DNA from: Phoronis australis
Lineage: Eukaryota; Animalia; Phoronida
Reading direction: 5' to 3'
NCBI GenBank assembly: GCA_002633005.1
Contig: NMRA01000799.1
Span: 62,001 to 126,000, forward strand
Length of the DNA stretch: 64,000 nt
Position 1 is the stretch's first letter; each line of letters begins with the position of its first letter. Both the position numbers and the translations under genes were made by a program. Shown here piece after piece: positions 50,001 to 63,947 of the stretch. The notes beneath the pieces were generated by a model. The model saw nothing but the letters and a program-made list of their open reading frames with translations. It was not told where the DNA came from and did not search any database.

Positions 50001-53000
50001 CTTGGTCTGATGACTTGTCAGACATTGTTGGAGAACGAGAGTTTGGTAACTTTCCTACTACAAGAATCGCAGAAAGACCAAGATGGACCTGTTCGTGGGA
50101 AAAAACACTCGTTTTACCCTATGGTTTCAATTGTATTCGCTTTATTCCAGCGCTACCATGCCAGTTGATCTTTCACATGACAAACCCAATTTTAGGAGCG
50201 CTCCCCGCGTCATTGGCAGATATTAACTCACTGCAGTTGCTTTGCTTTGGCAAATGGGCACACTAAAACTGTTAGAATTTTGCCTCATTTTGCATTCCTA
50301 CTACATACAGTATACTACAATGCAGAATAGTTGATCAAAATTTTAGCGATATGCGGTTTAGTCGCACCCCAGACATCCATTTCTGTGCATAGGGGTTTCA
50401 ACACTTAAAGATGAGATTCGTTGTACGTCAGGCTAAACTAGTCACGGAATCAGGAGCTATCTTGTAGCCTGTAGTGGCCTCACACATACAACCACACATG
50501 TCATTTAGAATAAAAATGATAATGTTTTAGCTGCAAAACACGGTTGTAGAAAAGTCAAGAACAATTACACTATTCAAGTGACCGTTTTTCTAATCCGTAC
50601 AAGTCGGACACCAGAATTGCACCAGTGGTACTATACTAATAACTACCAGTATTTTACTCATTAAAGATGAAAAACAAGACACTGTAAATAGTCCACCGCT
50701 TAATTTGAAACATAGAAACACATGATGAGAACAACGTTTCTAAATGACTCGAATGCTAACCACCTCTCGTGAAGTTGAACAATGCCATAAGTGCCAAAGT
50801 GCAGTCAATTATTAAGAAGGTCACAAGCGCCACTCGCGCCTCAGTCGCTGACGAAAGCCGGATGTAATCGGCATAAACGTTCGAACTTTTCCCTGGTAAG
50901 TGAGTTTGCGTATTTTTAACATGACATAAGGAGATAATGAACAACCGATTTCGTCAACTGGAGTTTATCCAGTTCCTTGTACTCTTTAAATCTACATTGC
51001 ACTTGGTCTCTCCTACATGTATGTAAATGGGCGGTGGTCTTGGTCACATGAGATGTTATACATGTACATAACACACGACTGTTTGCCCACAACAACATAA
51101 TTATCAAGCTTTATTTCATGTTAAAGTTTTTAAAAACATCGTTTCCTTTTAGGCGGCTTAAAAGATTTTTCATGAACGATATTGAGGTACTAATTTTTGA
51201 TAGCTACTCTTGTAGAAGTGAAACAATTTGCAAAAAATTCTTTATAAATTTTGAAAACAGTGCATAGATGAAAGTTCATATGAATCTGAGATATGATACT
51301 GTTCTTGGATCCTACTATGTCCTGAAGACCAAGTAATCTAAATCAGGCTTATTTTGACAGGAGACGGTTGTGCTCATAACCTTGACGAAGGTGAAATTGA
51401 ATACAATCCGGATTTTGAGATAACCTGTTTGAGTGTTCAATATTACAGTGGGATCTCGTGTGTGGCAAAGAGTGGATAATTGCTTCCATCGGCGCTGGTT
51501 TAGGAATAGGGAAGCTTGTCGGTGCCTTTGTGGTGGGAATGTTGAGTGACAGGTAACTCTAAAGATTTGTTTGTAGTGTACAGTGAAATGAAAAATGAAA
51601 TGATATGTGACTGCTGGTACATGCGCGTGAGAGCAACAGCGTGCGGTAGTCGCGTGTTGTGCTTTGCTCGCTAGTTGGCAAGATGACGACATGGCGACCA
51701 TAACCACGCACCAACCGTGGAGAGAACATGACGAAGGTGATGATTTGAACACTTTTAGTACCTCATACACTAAAGTAGAAGGCAACAATTGTTTTTATTT
51801 GCCTGCTTTTTCAGGAAATAACGAATTATCAGTTTTTTCGAAGCCCTAAAATAAGTGAGACCGATGTCCTAAAGGCAATCGGTCGAATTCAAAAATGGAG
51901 TTTTAAAATAGGAGAATTTTCGCATAAATTGGCATAACTTGAACCAAGTGACATTCAGATCCGTTCACTGCACACAATGCTATTCAATCTGGGCCTTTGC
52001 TTCTTTTTTACAGTGCAGTTGTATTTTTACAATATTTTATTACCTTATACAATTCTTCAGAAAAGGAACGGCTTGCAACTGAAAGTGTTGAGCAGAAAAT
52101 AAACATTTGTGTAAGAGAAAAATGAGCGACAATTTTAAAGTGTTGAAACGCGCATACCACTGCTAAGTAAAATGATAAAAATCTGATCACATTATCTAGT
52201 TTTCGAGTTGTCTAGCAATCTTTGGCGTCAATAAAGGCTTAATGCGCGACTATCGTAGCAGTGGAAAAAACATTTTGTTTCGCAGTAAAACAACCCCTAG
52301 GCCCCCCTGTGCTTTAACAGTAAAAGTACATGTACACCCTGCTTATGTGTTCTTCACACTCGCTCTAATTGTAGATGGCATGTTGAGTAGTAAAAACGGA
52401 AAGTGACGTCAAATGCATATACTGTAGAGGGCTTGATGTATGCAACGAGAGGACAAAATAAAAATCTGCTTTTTGCAGATTTGGCCGAAAAAGAACGATG
52501 GTCATCTTCTTGTTCATGCAATGCCTGTTTGGTGTACTGAGCACTGTGTCTGTCGATCCCATCATGTTTATCATTTTCTACTCCTTAATGGCCGGCGCTT
52601 CAATGGGCAAATACATAGCCGCTTTCGTTCTAGGTAAGTCGGTAACTTTGTCTACAGTAGAACTCGCTTTTTTAGTCAGACTCAACAACCTGGCTTATCT
52701 GCAAGCCTAAGTGCACGTACTTAAATCATTGTACCGCTCATTTTTTTCCGACTCAAGACACGATATTTACGAGTTTTACTGTATCCAATAACTGCACAAT
52801 AATGAACTCGGTGATAGTCAGCGTTTGCGTAGTAATTTACTTGGACTACATGTGTGAACATTCGCTCAGCTTGATATACTTTTTTCACTTAAGTTTTCAC
52901 TGAAATGGACAATTTCTTTGAATACACGGTGCGAACAAACTCCTTGAACAGTTCCTAATCTCATACGCGTTAATCAGTCGAGTACAATACGGCCACGTGA

Positions 53001-56000
53001 TATTGTTTTCCGTATTCTCCTCCCACACTACTTCAACAGTGTCCTCCGACATGGAAAGTTCAAAACGTAGGTCGATGCAGGGCCGTAGCAAGCCGGGGGA
53101 CACGTTCCCCAAAAATTTTCCAGGTGTCAGGGTTAAACCGTGGAAACCGACATAGGAGTGGGGTCGGTGACAATCGAGAAAAGAAAGATTGCGAAATATC
53201 GATAAGAGAGAAAATTCAAGAAAACATCTACAACTCTGTAACCGTGCATGGTGTACCTTTTGAGGACCCTGGCCCGGACATTGTTATTAGGGTCTCCGCT
53301 TTTGCACCAGAGGTCGTCTAAACGCATTTGAAAACGAGCACGTAATCACTAATTCACATATTTTGAAAATCAAGAGAAATTGTAAAGCAAAGCTTTTGCA
53401 GAGCGTATAAAATTACTGGATTTTTAAATGCAATAAGTCAATTTTGCGAATGCAAGTCTATGTTTTAGCCGATTCCTCTGCCTGGCAAAAGATAACTGAG
53501 ACAACTGTCGCTTTATTTTTTTCTCGAAATTGTATATCACTTGAGAAAAAATTATGGCCTGACAGACAATCTAAATTGCTGCGAATTTCCTGATTTTTGA
53601 AAATATAGATATTTTGAAGATGGCCACTGATGACATTCAAGTGGCTATCCTTTTTGTGTTTTTATTGACAAATTTTTAAGGGGCCGCTCACGGAAAGAGG
53701 CCCCAATGTTGGAATCGATTACCTCTATTTTTCTGTTTTTGTGAAATCGTGCAATCGGCTTTCATGTTGAAGAAGGTTACTTCCTCCTTTCTTCAAGCAA
53801 CATTAAAACTGTGCTTTTTGTCCAAAACATGTGATTGATGTCACTTTCGGTTAAAAACGCGGTGTCAAATTTCCCGTCCTTATTCTGATGAGGAAAGATT
53901 TCCCGATGAATCCTCCACTAATTGAAAATTCTCAAAGCTTGTCACGTGCTGATTACACTGATTCAACAACAATTCGGTAAGCGGCCGGCTTCAGTTGTAA
54001 AAATTACTGGTTACGATATGTGCCTTTTTGGTTACTAAGCAGGGCACGACACTCAGAATAATGTCATCTCGCCAAACGCGCCCCAGTAGGGGAAGGCGCA
54101 AAAGTTTTTAAGCAGACGGTAAAAACCGGGATAATTATATCGCTGTCGTACCTCCGATTGACCACGAACAAATCTTACTGTAGGCCTGCGCTCCATTCTT
54201 CCCTACTCGAAGCGCCATGCTGTGGGATTGTGATGCCACAAGATGGAACTCTGACTGGACGGTGCCAGATTAATTTTCACGTTTTAGTGAAACCCAGAAT
54301 GTGGTTTCGTCCAGTATGCGGGTCGAAATATTAAGTTTTATCAGCTTCGCGGTAGAACTGTCACAAATTGTTTGAATTGCTTTTAACGTTTCAGGCCTAG
54401 AACTCGTTGGCGTGAGATACCGGTCGGTGGCAGGCCTCGGTATATACTTCTCCTGGAGTGTAGGATATCTGCTGGTGGGTTTGGTAGCCTATTTCATCAG
54501 GGACTGGGTTACTTTACAACTGTCGCTCCACCTACCGATTATAGCATTCGTCGCTCTTTACGCATGGTTCGTAAATATGCAACGCTTGTGAACAACTAGT
54601 GAATATTGTTTTAAATATCGATGGTTATCAATAGGTCTAAACACATAAATCAATAATTGCTAGAGTATTGTTCAACACTTCAGTTGGGTCACCTGTCTTT
54701 AAATCATCAATATACTGAAAACGTATGTTAAAGCTGCATTTGGTGCTGATTAGCTGGCTAAAACAAACGAATATCGAATAAGACCATTTACTCCCACAAA
54801 ATCGCTTTCATAATACCTCACATTAGGGCTCAAATTCCATTTCCAATCAAGTCGCAAGCAATAAATGAATTTGCAATTTTTGAGGGTGGCCAATCCCAAT
54901 GAACTCCGAAGAATTGTTCTTGAGTATGCTCATGCTGGTAACATGCACGGAGTCATGTCCCGGCAAGCAGTATTATCACACATTTTTATTAGAGTTCACC
55001 TGTTCACCTAGGCTGTGTCCTTCCACTGCAGGAAGTAGCCCTCCGCCAGATCCCTCCATTGTTTTCGGTTCTTAGTTGTCCTTGGTCATGTTGCTTCATA
55101 TCTCTGCATGATGTCGTCTCGCCATCATCTTTTTGGTCTCCCCCTTGTTCCCATGCCTTTTCTGGCTGCCATTCGGTTGTCCTCAGAGTCCACCTGTTAT
55201 CCTTTATTCTTGCCACGTGACCAGCCCATCTCCAATTTGTTTCTGTTATGAATTTTGTTATATCTGTCATCTTAGTCCTTTCTTTTATCTTGGAATTTGC
55301 TATTTTGTCTTTCAAGCTGATAAGTAATAAGGCTTGTTTAGATTTTTGTTTTTAGTCCGCTAAATAAGTCGAAATGCAGCTTTATGGTTTGATTTACTGC
55401 CAGAACCCTTTCTTGGAAAATATAGGATGAATAACGTCTTACTGCAAAACTTAATTCTACCCTACCACACCGAGCTATAAAAGCACACGCCAGGCCATAT
55501 TTTTAATCTAATTTTAGTGTTTTGACCATTTTTTTAACTTTAAATGCATGGAATCAACGTTAACAGTTTTAAAAATTTGTATTATGGTCAACATTAAATC
55601 AGTTGATTATCTACCTGGAGTTGGTGACTTTGATTTCATTGGCCATATTACTGTCCTTTGGTTCGCTGAAATCGTCAGAAAATGCCTAAAGTACAAAGCA
55701 TATCTTCCCTTTCTTTAATCAGTGAGAATTACACGATGACTGCAATAATACAAAAGCACAGGAAATGTGCTGCTAAAATGGTGATAGGAGAAACCAATAT
55801 TTGTTGTAGTAAAGGCGACTTTATCTCAGGTTGACGCCCGAATCGCCAAGATGGCTTCTTCAACGTCAACGTGTTGAAGACGCAATCGTTGTACTGAAAA
55901 GAATTACCCGGATGAACGGTGTTGAATGGAACGCGGAGATGGACCAAATGGTGATCACGTGCAAGCAAGAAGAAAAACAAATCGTGAGCTTGAAGAAAAC

Positions 56001-59000
56001 TGTTTTCCTTCGGAAATTTAAATTGCAACAATTATTGTATTTTGACATTACAAGCTTACGAAAATATGTTATTAAGAAGCGTGAGAACTGTGAAATAAAG
56101 ACGAAGCCTTGGTGTGGGCTGAGTTATGTAGACGCAACAACCTAGCGAAGAGAGCTAGAGTGATCACTTGCTTCATGAGTAATACCAGGGGATGGCTTGC
56201 AAAGCCTTGTGTTTTCTAGAGGCACTTGCACGTCGTTTTTGTCTATTCTTAGCGGTATTAACCGATATGTTAATCAATTGTTTTGACTATAACGAGACAC
56301 AAACTAAAGCTGTGACACGTAGCAATTACGCAAAAAGCATTACTGTTTCAAAGTGTTTAGTCGGTTTAGTTTGTGTGAATACAACTTAGCTGCGGTGAGA
56401 GGTTAAAATAAAAAGCCAACCTTTTTCATGTCATTTTTTGGTAAAAATACGGTTCATTGATTAACACAGACACATTTTTCAGTTAATAACGGCTTTAAGT
56501 AATTTATTGAATAGTCGTGTGTTACTTGAGCTGTGACGTTTAGGGGTTAGGAATTTCCCGCCATTTTGTTTTCATATAGTATGACAGTGTGAGCTCAGTG
56601 TCGAGTGAGTCATTATTTTACCCCGGTTGTCGTTTGCGTTTGTTTACGAGTCAGTCAACATGGTGCACGTTTGCTGCGTACCGGGATGTACTCATTATCG
56701 TCTCACGCGCACTTTGTTTATACCATAGGTATACCATTACATGTCTTTTTACACAACCAGTCGTACTTGACTCATTCGTGTGAAGAACGCAGAGTTACCC
56801 CTCTACGCAAAGTACAAAACAGAGTACATGTAGAATTACCGAGTGTGTGGCAAGCACTTGCCGTCGGATCACAAAAGAGATAAATACGCGGAATTGATGA
56901 AGGTTTCTTCAAGACAACGCCTGAAAAAGGGTGCCCTACTGTCGCTGTTCATTCCCGGCAGTGCCCCCGTAGCCACCCCGAGAAGTGTATGTTTGAATTG
57001 AGAACCCTCGTAAGCTGTGACCTCGACAGTGACTGTAAGCTCTTCATCTACTGTCACCCGTGACTTCGAACGTACCCCCAGAGTGTACAATTCCGGGAAC
57101 TAGCAGCGATTCGCTCTTTGCTGCTATAGTCTCCAGCCCAGGACCTGTAAGCTGCCCTGCAGCGATGTTGAGTTCGGGGAGTGAATACAGGCCCAGTTCG
57201 ACACCCGTTTGACGAGGACAGTTCATCGTCCACTCGTAAATTTAATTGTGTACTTACCTAAAGTATTGGAACTATCAAGAAGGGGTCAGGTGTGTGGCGA
57301 GGGAGTCACACGACGGGATGTAAGCGGTTTGATAGCTCAGGTCACCAACCAGTGGGAACAGCATAGGCATTCTATTGAGGTCGTTATAACAGTGCACACC
57401 GTGCATTTGCACCAAGACCTCCCACCACGTCTTCCCTCAGTCTCTTCCTCATCCCTCTCAACAACTGCCTGTGCAAATTCTGCCTGACTATACTCGGGCT
57501 CAAACCTTATCCACCCACTGACTCTTCATGAAAAAATTCCCCGTCACTACACCTATGAACAATGTCTACGTCGCTCACATCACTGTGTCTGTGATATATG
57601 GTCGCCAACCCCAGCCGTTTTCAGGCTATTACAAACTAAATGATCCCTAAATCCAACGTAATTGGGTTCTCTAAAACCTTAGCTTGTCATAAAACACTTG
57701 TCAATGAGAAGTGGTCACGACAATTTTAGGAAACAGCACGAAAACAAAAGTGGGGCAAATCCTCGCAGTAAACGCGAACGCAGAAGCAAATTGGCGGGAA
57801 ATTCTTAACCCCCTAAACGTCACATCCGGAGTAGGGCACGACTTATCAATAAAATTACGGGACACCGTAATTAAGGTTATCTCAAACTTTATTAAGTGGC
57901 CTCCATTCTAACTCGTATATCAAAAAACCTAAGATTTGTCTGGAAATACAAAAATATGTTTTGTATTAATATACCATTATTATTATTACGTAAACACCTT
58001 TTTAAGTCAAAATTTCATTAGACATTCATAGCAAAATAACAACTGGATCGATTTCAATGAAACCTTTTTTAAATGGAAACTTCACCAGTTACCTCAAAAA
58101 CGCTGTTAGGAATTTTCGATGTCATTTCGTTTGGTGTCTATGACAAACAAAATCACAAAACGTAAGGAATTTTGTAAAAAAATAGACGTCGTACTCGTCT
58201 TTGTTACATTGCGACAAAAGTAGACATTTCTATCGAACATTCTGACAAGTTTTTGGGATTGATGACTAAATATTAAGTTTGGAAAGTTTCAGCGAATCCC
58301 ACCAGGCCGTTTTCGAGAACTCGCGTTCTTAACTTCAAATAAATTCGATTTGCCGAAGCCGAGAAACAGCCTATTAAACTGGGACAAGTGAAAATCTCAG
58401 TCTTCGGTTAATAATTCAGTGAAAATTTGTTTTCGGTAAATATAACCTGTACATGCCTTATCCATGTTAGATATTTCAACATTTACTCGCAATGTCAATT
58501 AAATTTGCAGTGCGTAATCTAACTTAATTATCATTAAAACGTACCGTCACCAGCCACGAGGTTTGACCAACAGTTCATTTTTATTAACATAGTCTGTACA
58601 CATCACGTGCCGGGAGACTGATACGAAACCAAGTAAGAAATGCATAACAAAAATGGAGTCGGTGGTTAAGGCATGTCGTTAGCAGGAGATCGAAACAGCA
58701 AAAGTCAATTTACTTATTGAATTAATGAATTTGGGTGAGAATTTATTTCTTTTCATAACTTTATGACCACAGAGGCGTGAGGCGACTGGTAGCATTGGCA
58801 ACGGTCGTAGGCATGTAGACGCACAACTCCCTCAGAATCAAAACAACCTTACGTTTTTTCTTAGTTTTCCCGGCACTGTTCCATCATAAGTTCACTTCGT
58901 TGAGTCTATTATGGCGACTCGGTGAATGAAAGGGCGGAGGGTACATACGAAGCTGCTCTGTACTTGGCGGGAGATTCGATTTGAGTGACCGTCCTGTAAC

Positions 59001-62000
59001 CTATGACCTCGGATAAGTAGTAAACAAATGTCCACGCGGTTGTGTGTTTCCAAGGTGGTTCTTGTAAATATTTTTTCTCGCTACACGGTATATATTTTGT
59101 ATTTGAAGTTCCCCGAGAATGAAGATAAGGTATTTTACTAGACACATGTGAAATATTGTAGAAATGGCCAATTTTTGTGAATAAGGTTTGTGATATCCTT
59201 ATCTGAAACATATGTCTGGGATAACCAACGAACCGTATTTTTTAATAAAAAATGTCATGAAAATGTTGCCTTCTCCTTTAAAAACAAACGACGTAATGAC
59301 TTAAAAATATTCAGCTCTTGCAAGAAACTCCTAAATTATGCCTGAACTTCCAGTTATAAACAGTATAGCTTCTGCACGCAGATACCGAACATGTACTTTT
59401 TCAAATTTTGAAAAGGAAAATTAGTAAATTCAATTGGCTTTGTTCCTATCTACACGACGTTGAATTAAAGTAATGTTTTTCTGACAACCATGTTGCCAGT
59501 TTAACAATTACGGAAGTTGCTCAATCTTTTCGGTTAAGAGTAAGTTCTAGCCTATACGTTTAGGGTCCCTATGTCTGTCTGTCGCTGATCTGATGTTGTT
59601 TCAGAGCAATCAAACTACCACCCTACTTATTGCTTTACTGAAGTCAAGAACGATGATTCTGTTCACAGTCGTCAACGCAATGCTGTGGTATGTAGTTCGC
59701 TTTGGTTTTTGTAAGTTTTCACATTTCACGTGCCTCTATTCTTATGGATTATTGGATAAAACACGGCTCACATAACCATCGAGCCACACTTGTAGGAGAT
59801 TAAACGCAGAAATAAAATCTATGTTAAGGAGTGGTTTGAGATCTGTTGCTTCACACTTTACCGTTTACGTTTTTATTTCTCGTTTGGAATTCTAGGTTTT
59901 GTGCCACCCTATTATTTTTTGGACTGTCTTTTAATACTTCAAACTTGACCGGTGGTCCATACGCCAACTTTGCCATATCCGGCGCAGTAGAGATACCAGC
60001 ACTATGCTGCACCTACGTGCTGTTGAAAAGTCGACTGGGCAGACGTGGTACCACTTTTCTTACGGTAATGGCGTCAGCTGCGTTCCTGTTATCTACCGCG
60101 CCCATTCCTGAAGGTAATGGTAGTGGTGGCGCGCCAGCAGAGGGCGGTAACACTCTTGGTGGTTTTGTGAATAATGGTGGATGGTTATGGTAGTGGCGAT
60201 GGTGGTGGTGGCGGTGTGACGTGGTGGCGGTGTGACGTGGTGGCGGCTTGCGTAGTGGCCGCGTGACATAGTGGCGGCGTGACGTGGTGGCGNGGGTGTT
60301 ATGATGGCGGTGTGACGTGGCAGTGGTGTGACGTGTTGCAGTGAAGTTGGTGGACGGTGTGCTGGTGTTGGGATTTTTATGTCATGCTCCACATAGCGGC
60401 GGTAGTCGCAGCAGCAAATTGAGTGGAAGTGAAGTCAACTCAGTTTTTCCGCATGAACTAATAAATCAAGGGTCACTGGAAGTCGCTGTTTCACCGCTAC
60501 GCTGCGCTGACTGTTTTTATCTATGTGTAGAATGTTTAAGAGCCATTCAACGAGAAAATCAAAAGCAATCAAAAAATAACTCTAGGGATCATCTTCTAGT
60601 TTCAGTTTAAACATTGTGTTTGTGATCATGGTGTCGCTCTGGTACAAAAAAATCACCAATTTTGGACCTATTCACCTCTTACATGTAGTTCTTTACCAAT
60701 AGTCCTTCAAAAGTTTACAAAGAATGACACGTCTTTGCAGCTTTTAAATATAAAAAACAGGTACACTGCCAGCAATGAGAAAAAACACATAATGGTATTA
60801 AGAAGTGGGTCATGTGACCACAAAGTAAAATTAATGTTAATTATTTCGCTGTATTCATCACGTGACAAGGGAGTTAAAACTCGTAAGCACTTTTTGTAGT
60901 GTTGAAAGTGGGTGTCACTCAAGTGCTTCTACAAACCAGTTTGCGGGGTGATGGACATTGAACTATGTGTTTTGGATAGAACTTGGATAAGTAAAAAATC
61001 CCTTGAGTGGGCCGTTTTCATTTTTTCTTCTAAAAATGCTCCAATATTGCGTATTCTACACTTTTTAAAAGCATGTTTTTGTAACTTCGTTACATTTAAA
61101 ATGGTTTCCAGAAAATAATTAATGGGAATCAACATGCTGTCTGACATATCCCTATTACTATTTCACCCGGCAATGAGCGTTCATAACTGACCGCGAGTCA
61201 GAAATTACGCAGACACAAGTGATGAAGTAGCTACACTTTTTTAGGCTGAAACGAATAATTCATGTATTTTTTAAGGAAAAATTCCGATTTGTGCACCATA
61301 TCAAGGTAATTAAGCTTTTATTTCAGAAGCTTCTTTGAATTAAGAGTTCGAGTCAGTATGAAGCAGTTGAACCGGAAATTATTGTTTCGGTTTGAAGACA
61401 AAAGCCTGCATCACATGAAAGGAGTTTATGTTTAAAATACAAAAATGAAAAAATATCAAAGTCGTATGGTGAATTCAATAGTTATCGAAATTTATGTGTC
61501 AAATATGGACTTTATTTTGGTCGGGTCGGCCATCTTGCGATGTCAACAGCATAGGTTACGAATTTAAAGTGCTTAAACGATATTTCCTCAAATATTCTGG
61601 CGGTAAAATTTAGCAACACATATCCTTACTTACCAGTTTGCACAATCCAAGAGTTAACACCAGATTTAATCAGCAGGTGTAACTTGGTGATTAAATTATT
61701 CACAATTATCGTTGGACAACATGAACTGAAAGGCATGTTCAACCGGCTACATTGTCATCGGTGAAGATTTTACTACCATACATTTGTAGACACACTGCTA
61801 CACAAAGCGGTTTGGTACAGTTTCCGGTGCTTGTGTCCTAACTATTATGAATCTTCTATTTCTTTCAATGTGAAGTGCCCATCCAATTTACATTGCACTC
61901 TGCTAAATTTTGTTGAAATTGTTTTAGAATTTTTTGTTTGAAACTCAACATCTGTGATTATGTTTCATAATATGACACACCTTTTCTAAATTTCATTCAA

Positions 62001-63947
62001 AAAATGTGATTTTGATTCATGTTTTGTAACTACTTACTTTCTACTTCAAGATTCATCAAACCAACAAAGTGTGAAAAATCTTATTTGATTTTCAGAAATG
62101 GGTTATATTCGGATTATGAATTGTGAAGCTTACTTGAACACTTCTGTCATATAGCTTCATATTATTTACAATCATGCTTGTCAAATTCTAGTTTAAGGAG
62201 GAAGCTTTTATGGTACTCAGTCGCCATGGAAACACTTATGCATGTCTACTTCCATAGTTCACGGGAATTTGGTTCAGTCCGTGTTGCTGAAAATTTCCAA
62301 AGTACATTTTAAGTTACTTACTGTGTCCAAAGGCTGTGAGGATCATTTTAGTTTGCCTATTAACTTGAACTGAGATCACACTGTTAGGTGTAAGCCTTAG
62401 ATACAATGAAAATTTTGAAAGCCATGCGTCCAATATTTTTAAGAGATGTCTCTCGTAGGTGTGTGACAACAAGTGACAACATCACATTTGCAAGGAATTG
62501 GTTAAACAATTAACATTCTGTAAAAATGACAAAACTCAGATTATGTGACTTTCTGTAGATATTTTTGGAATGATTATCCGGTAATAAAGTGGACGTTACC
62601 AGGGAACCAGTTAGCAGCTGACAGGGGGGCACGGGTTAGACGTGTAAACGATCTACAAATCTTTAAAACTGTCACTGGTACATGTATAGCAGCACAGGAT
62701 AGACTCATTTGAAAACATGCACGTAAATAATCATCTATTACTTTTTGACCACATTAGAAGTAAGAACTGGAAAACAAAAACGACGCTAGAGTGCAGTATG
62801 TAAACGATGTTTCGATATTAATCAAATGTCATCCTCAGGTACAATGGCAAACAGAAAACAAAATGTCAATAGTATAAGACTAATGTTGAAATGTCGTTCT
62901 CAAACATGCATGTGCCATCGCTTCTTCGATGGTTACATTTCATGAAATTTCTCCAAAAATCTAGTTATAGAAACTGTCGCCAGGGGGCCAGCAGCAGTCA
63001 AAGTATCTACATGTAAAAACTAACGTTGAATGATTTGATCATAAAGAGATATTTGCAGAAAATAATGAAGCCCCTGTCTGAGGTTTATGAGATACAGCTG
63101 CGTTCTACACGTACTCAGGCACCGTATAATATGCAATGGTATGTCTTTTCTATCGGCTGTTGCATGAAAACAAACGCAAAGCCCATTTATTTTATTTTTA
63201 TTTTCTTAGTCAGAGAGCAAACTGATGAAAAATGTCATTGGAAATTACCAGCACTCCGCAAATTGGCTCCCAGAGCATCTCAAAAATGGCTTAATATCAA
63301 ATACACAAAATTGAGCAAAATTTATCAAAATTTAGCAATCCAGAGAAGGTTAACGGAAACCTCTTGGAAAATTCAAAGACCGTTTTCTGATAGAGAGGTT
63401 CATATCTACATCAAAATTATTTTGATTTTTCGTTCCAGTTCTTTTAAACCGTTTTAAAAGATTTGGATCTTTAGAACCAGAAATGGGCCATTTTGGGCCA
63501 AAATATTCTTGATACTCTAACTAAAACAATAGTGGTTGAAAAAATTCCAATAAACATTTTGAACATATCCCACAAGGATGTATGTTTCTCACAATTTTTT
63601 TCAAGATCTGGGTAGGTGACCCTAGAGTTGACCTTTTGGTGCTCTCGTGGAATGACAGTTAATATTTTGAGACCTTAACATATCTTTCATCATCAAATAG
63701 CAAAACGGCCTTCTCCTCAGCTAACAAGTTCAGTTAGATCAGTGGCGATCTTTTCATACTTGCAGAGTTTGGCTGGCTAGTAACTTCCTTGGCAATGCTT
63801 GGCAAGTTTAGTAGCACTTCGTTCTTTGCCGTTATCTACTTCTACACACCAGAAATGTATCCGACTCCTCTCAGGGCGGTTGCAACGAGTACGATTTCGA
63901 CTTTTGGCCGAATTGGCGTCATTGTTGCTCCCTACATCGCTATCACG
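46619..63947 (+). CDS. SLC22: SLC22 family organic ion transporter, copy B (tandem paralog; exons 1-8, continues beyond the window)
   Basis: Exons 46619-47044, 51449-51552, 52479-52633, 54395-54566, 55830-55983, 59605-59687, 59896-60113, 63766-63947; same sizes and phases as copy A except a 12-nt indel in exon 1; no stops seen. Confidence 0.93.
47855..48104. mobile_element. 250-bp MITE with 5-bp TSD
   Basis: CATGCGCGCA...TGCGCGCATG TIR flanked by ATTTT on both sides. Confidence 0.75.
51449..51552 (+). CDS. SLC22: SLC22 copy B exon 2
   Basis: WDLVC...LSDR|gtaact, 104 nt. Confidence 0.95.
52479..52633 (+). CDS. SLC22: SLC22 copy B exon 3
   Basis: FGRKRT...AFVLG|gtaagt, 155 nt. Confidence 0.95.
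53078..53710. mobile_element. hAT-like MITE remnant (copy B intron 3)
   Basis: CAGGGCCGTAGC terminus; segment has no counterpart in copy A; right end unclear. Confidence 0.4.
54395..54566 (+). CDS. SLC22: SLC22 copy B exon 4
   Basis: LELVGVRYR...YAW|gttcgt, 172 nt. Confidence 0.92.
54994..55325 (-). mobile_element. RTE-clade LINE 3' fragment
   Basis: Minus-strand WRWAGHVARIKDNRWT...EWQP and (shifted frame) GRPKRRWRDDI; short AGGTGAAC tandem tail; absent in copy A. Confidence 0.85.
55830..55983 (+). CDS. SLC22: SLC22 copy B exon 5
   Basis: LTPESPRWLL...KQI|gtgagc. Confidence 0.9.
56407..59277. mobile_element. Kolobok-like element with about 170-bp TIRs (copy B intron 5)
   Basis: TTAA at 56403-56406 and 59278-59281; left TIR 56407-56570 matches 57784-57874 plus 59203-59277; absent in copy A. 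Confidence 0.8.
57875..59198. mobile_element. Second TTAA-targeting (Kolobok-like) element nested in the right TIR of the first
   Basis: TTAA|GGTTATCTCAAACTTTATT ... AATAAGGTTTGTGATATCC|TTAT. Confidence 0.75.
59605..59687 (+). CDS. SLC22: SLC22 copy B exon 6
   Basis: SNQTTTLLIALLKSRTMILFTVVNAMLW|gtatgt. Confidence 0.88.
59896..60113 (+). CDS. SLC22: SLC22 copy B exon 7
   Basis: FCATLLFFGLSFN...PIPE|gtaatg. Confidence 0.93.
60180..60370. repeat. G-rich GTGACGTGGTGGCG repeat, copy B intron 7
   Basis: Visible; homologous to 39960-40110. Confidence 0.85.
60540..63658. mobile_element. TTAA-flanked TIR element, Sola3-like, non-autonomous
   Basis: TTAA|GAGCCATTCAACGAGA ... TCTCGTGGAATGACAG|TTAA; subterminal aactctaggg/ccctagagtt; absent in copy A near 40265. 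Confidence 0.65.
63766..63947 (+). CDS. SLC22: SLC22 copy B exon 8
   Basis: AMLGKF...EMYPTPLR...GRIG...APYIAIT|gtaaga. Confidence 0.93.

Noticed and set aside
56532-57824. Nested Ginger-like element (TGT...ACA inverted ends)
   Set aside because: There is no TSD and the inverted match continues outward, so it is part of the outer element's long TIR.
63026-63457. 143-aa ORF in copy B intron 7
   Set aside because: It lies within an AT-rich non-autonomous TIR element and has no recognisable motif.
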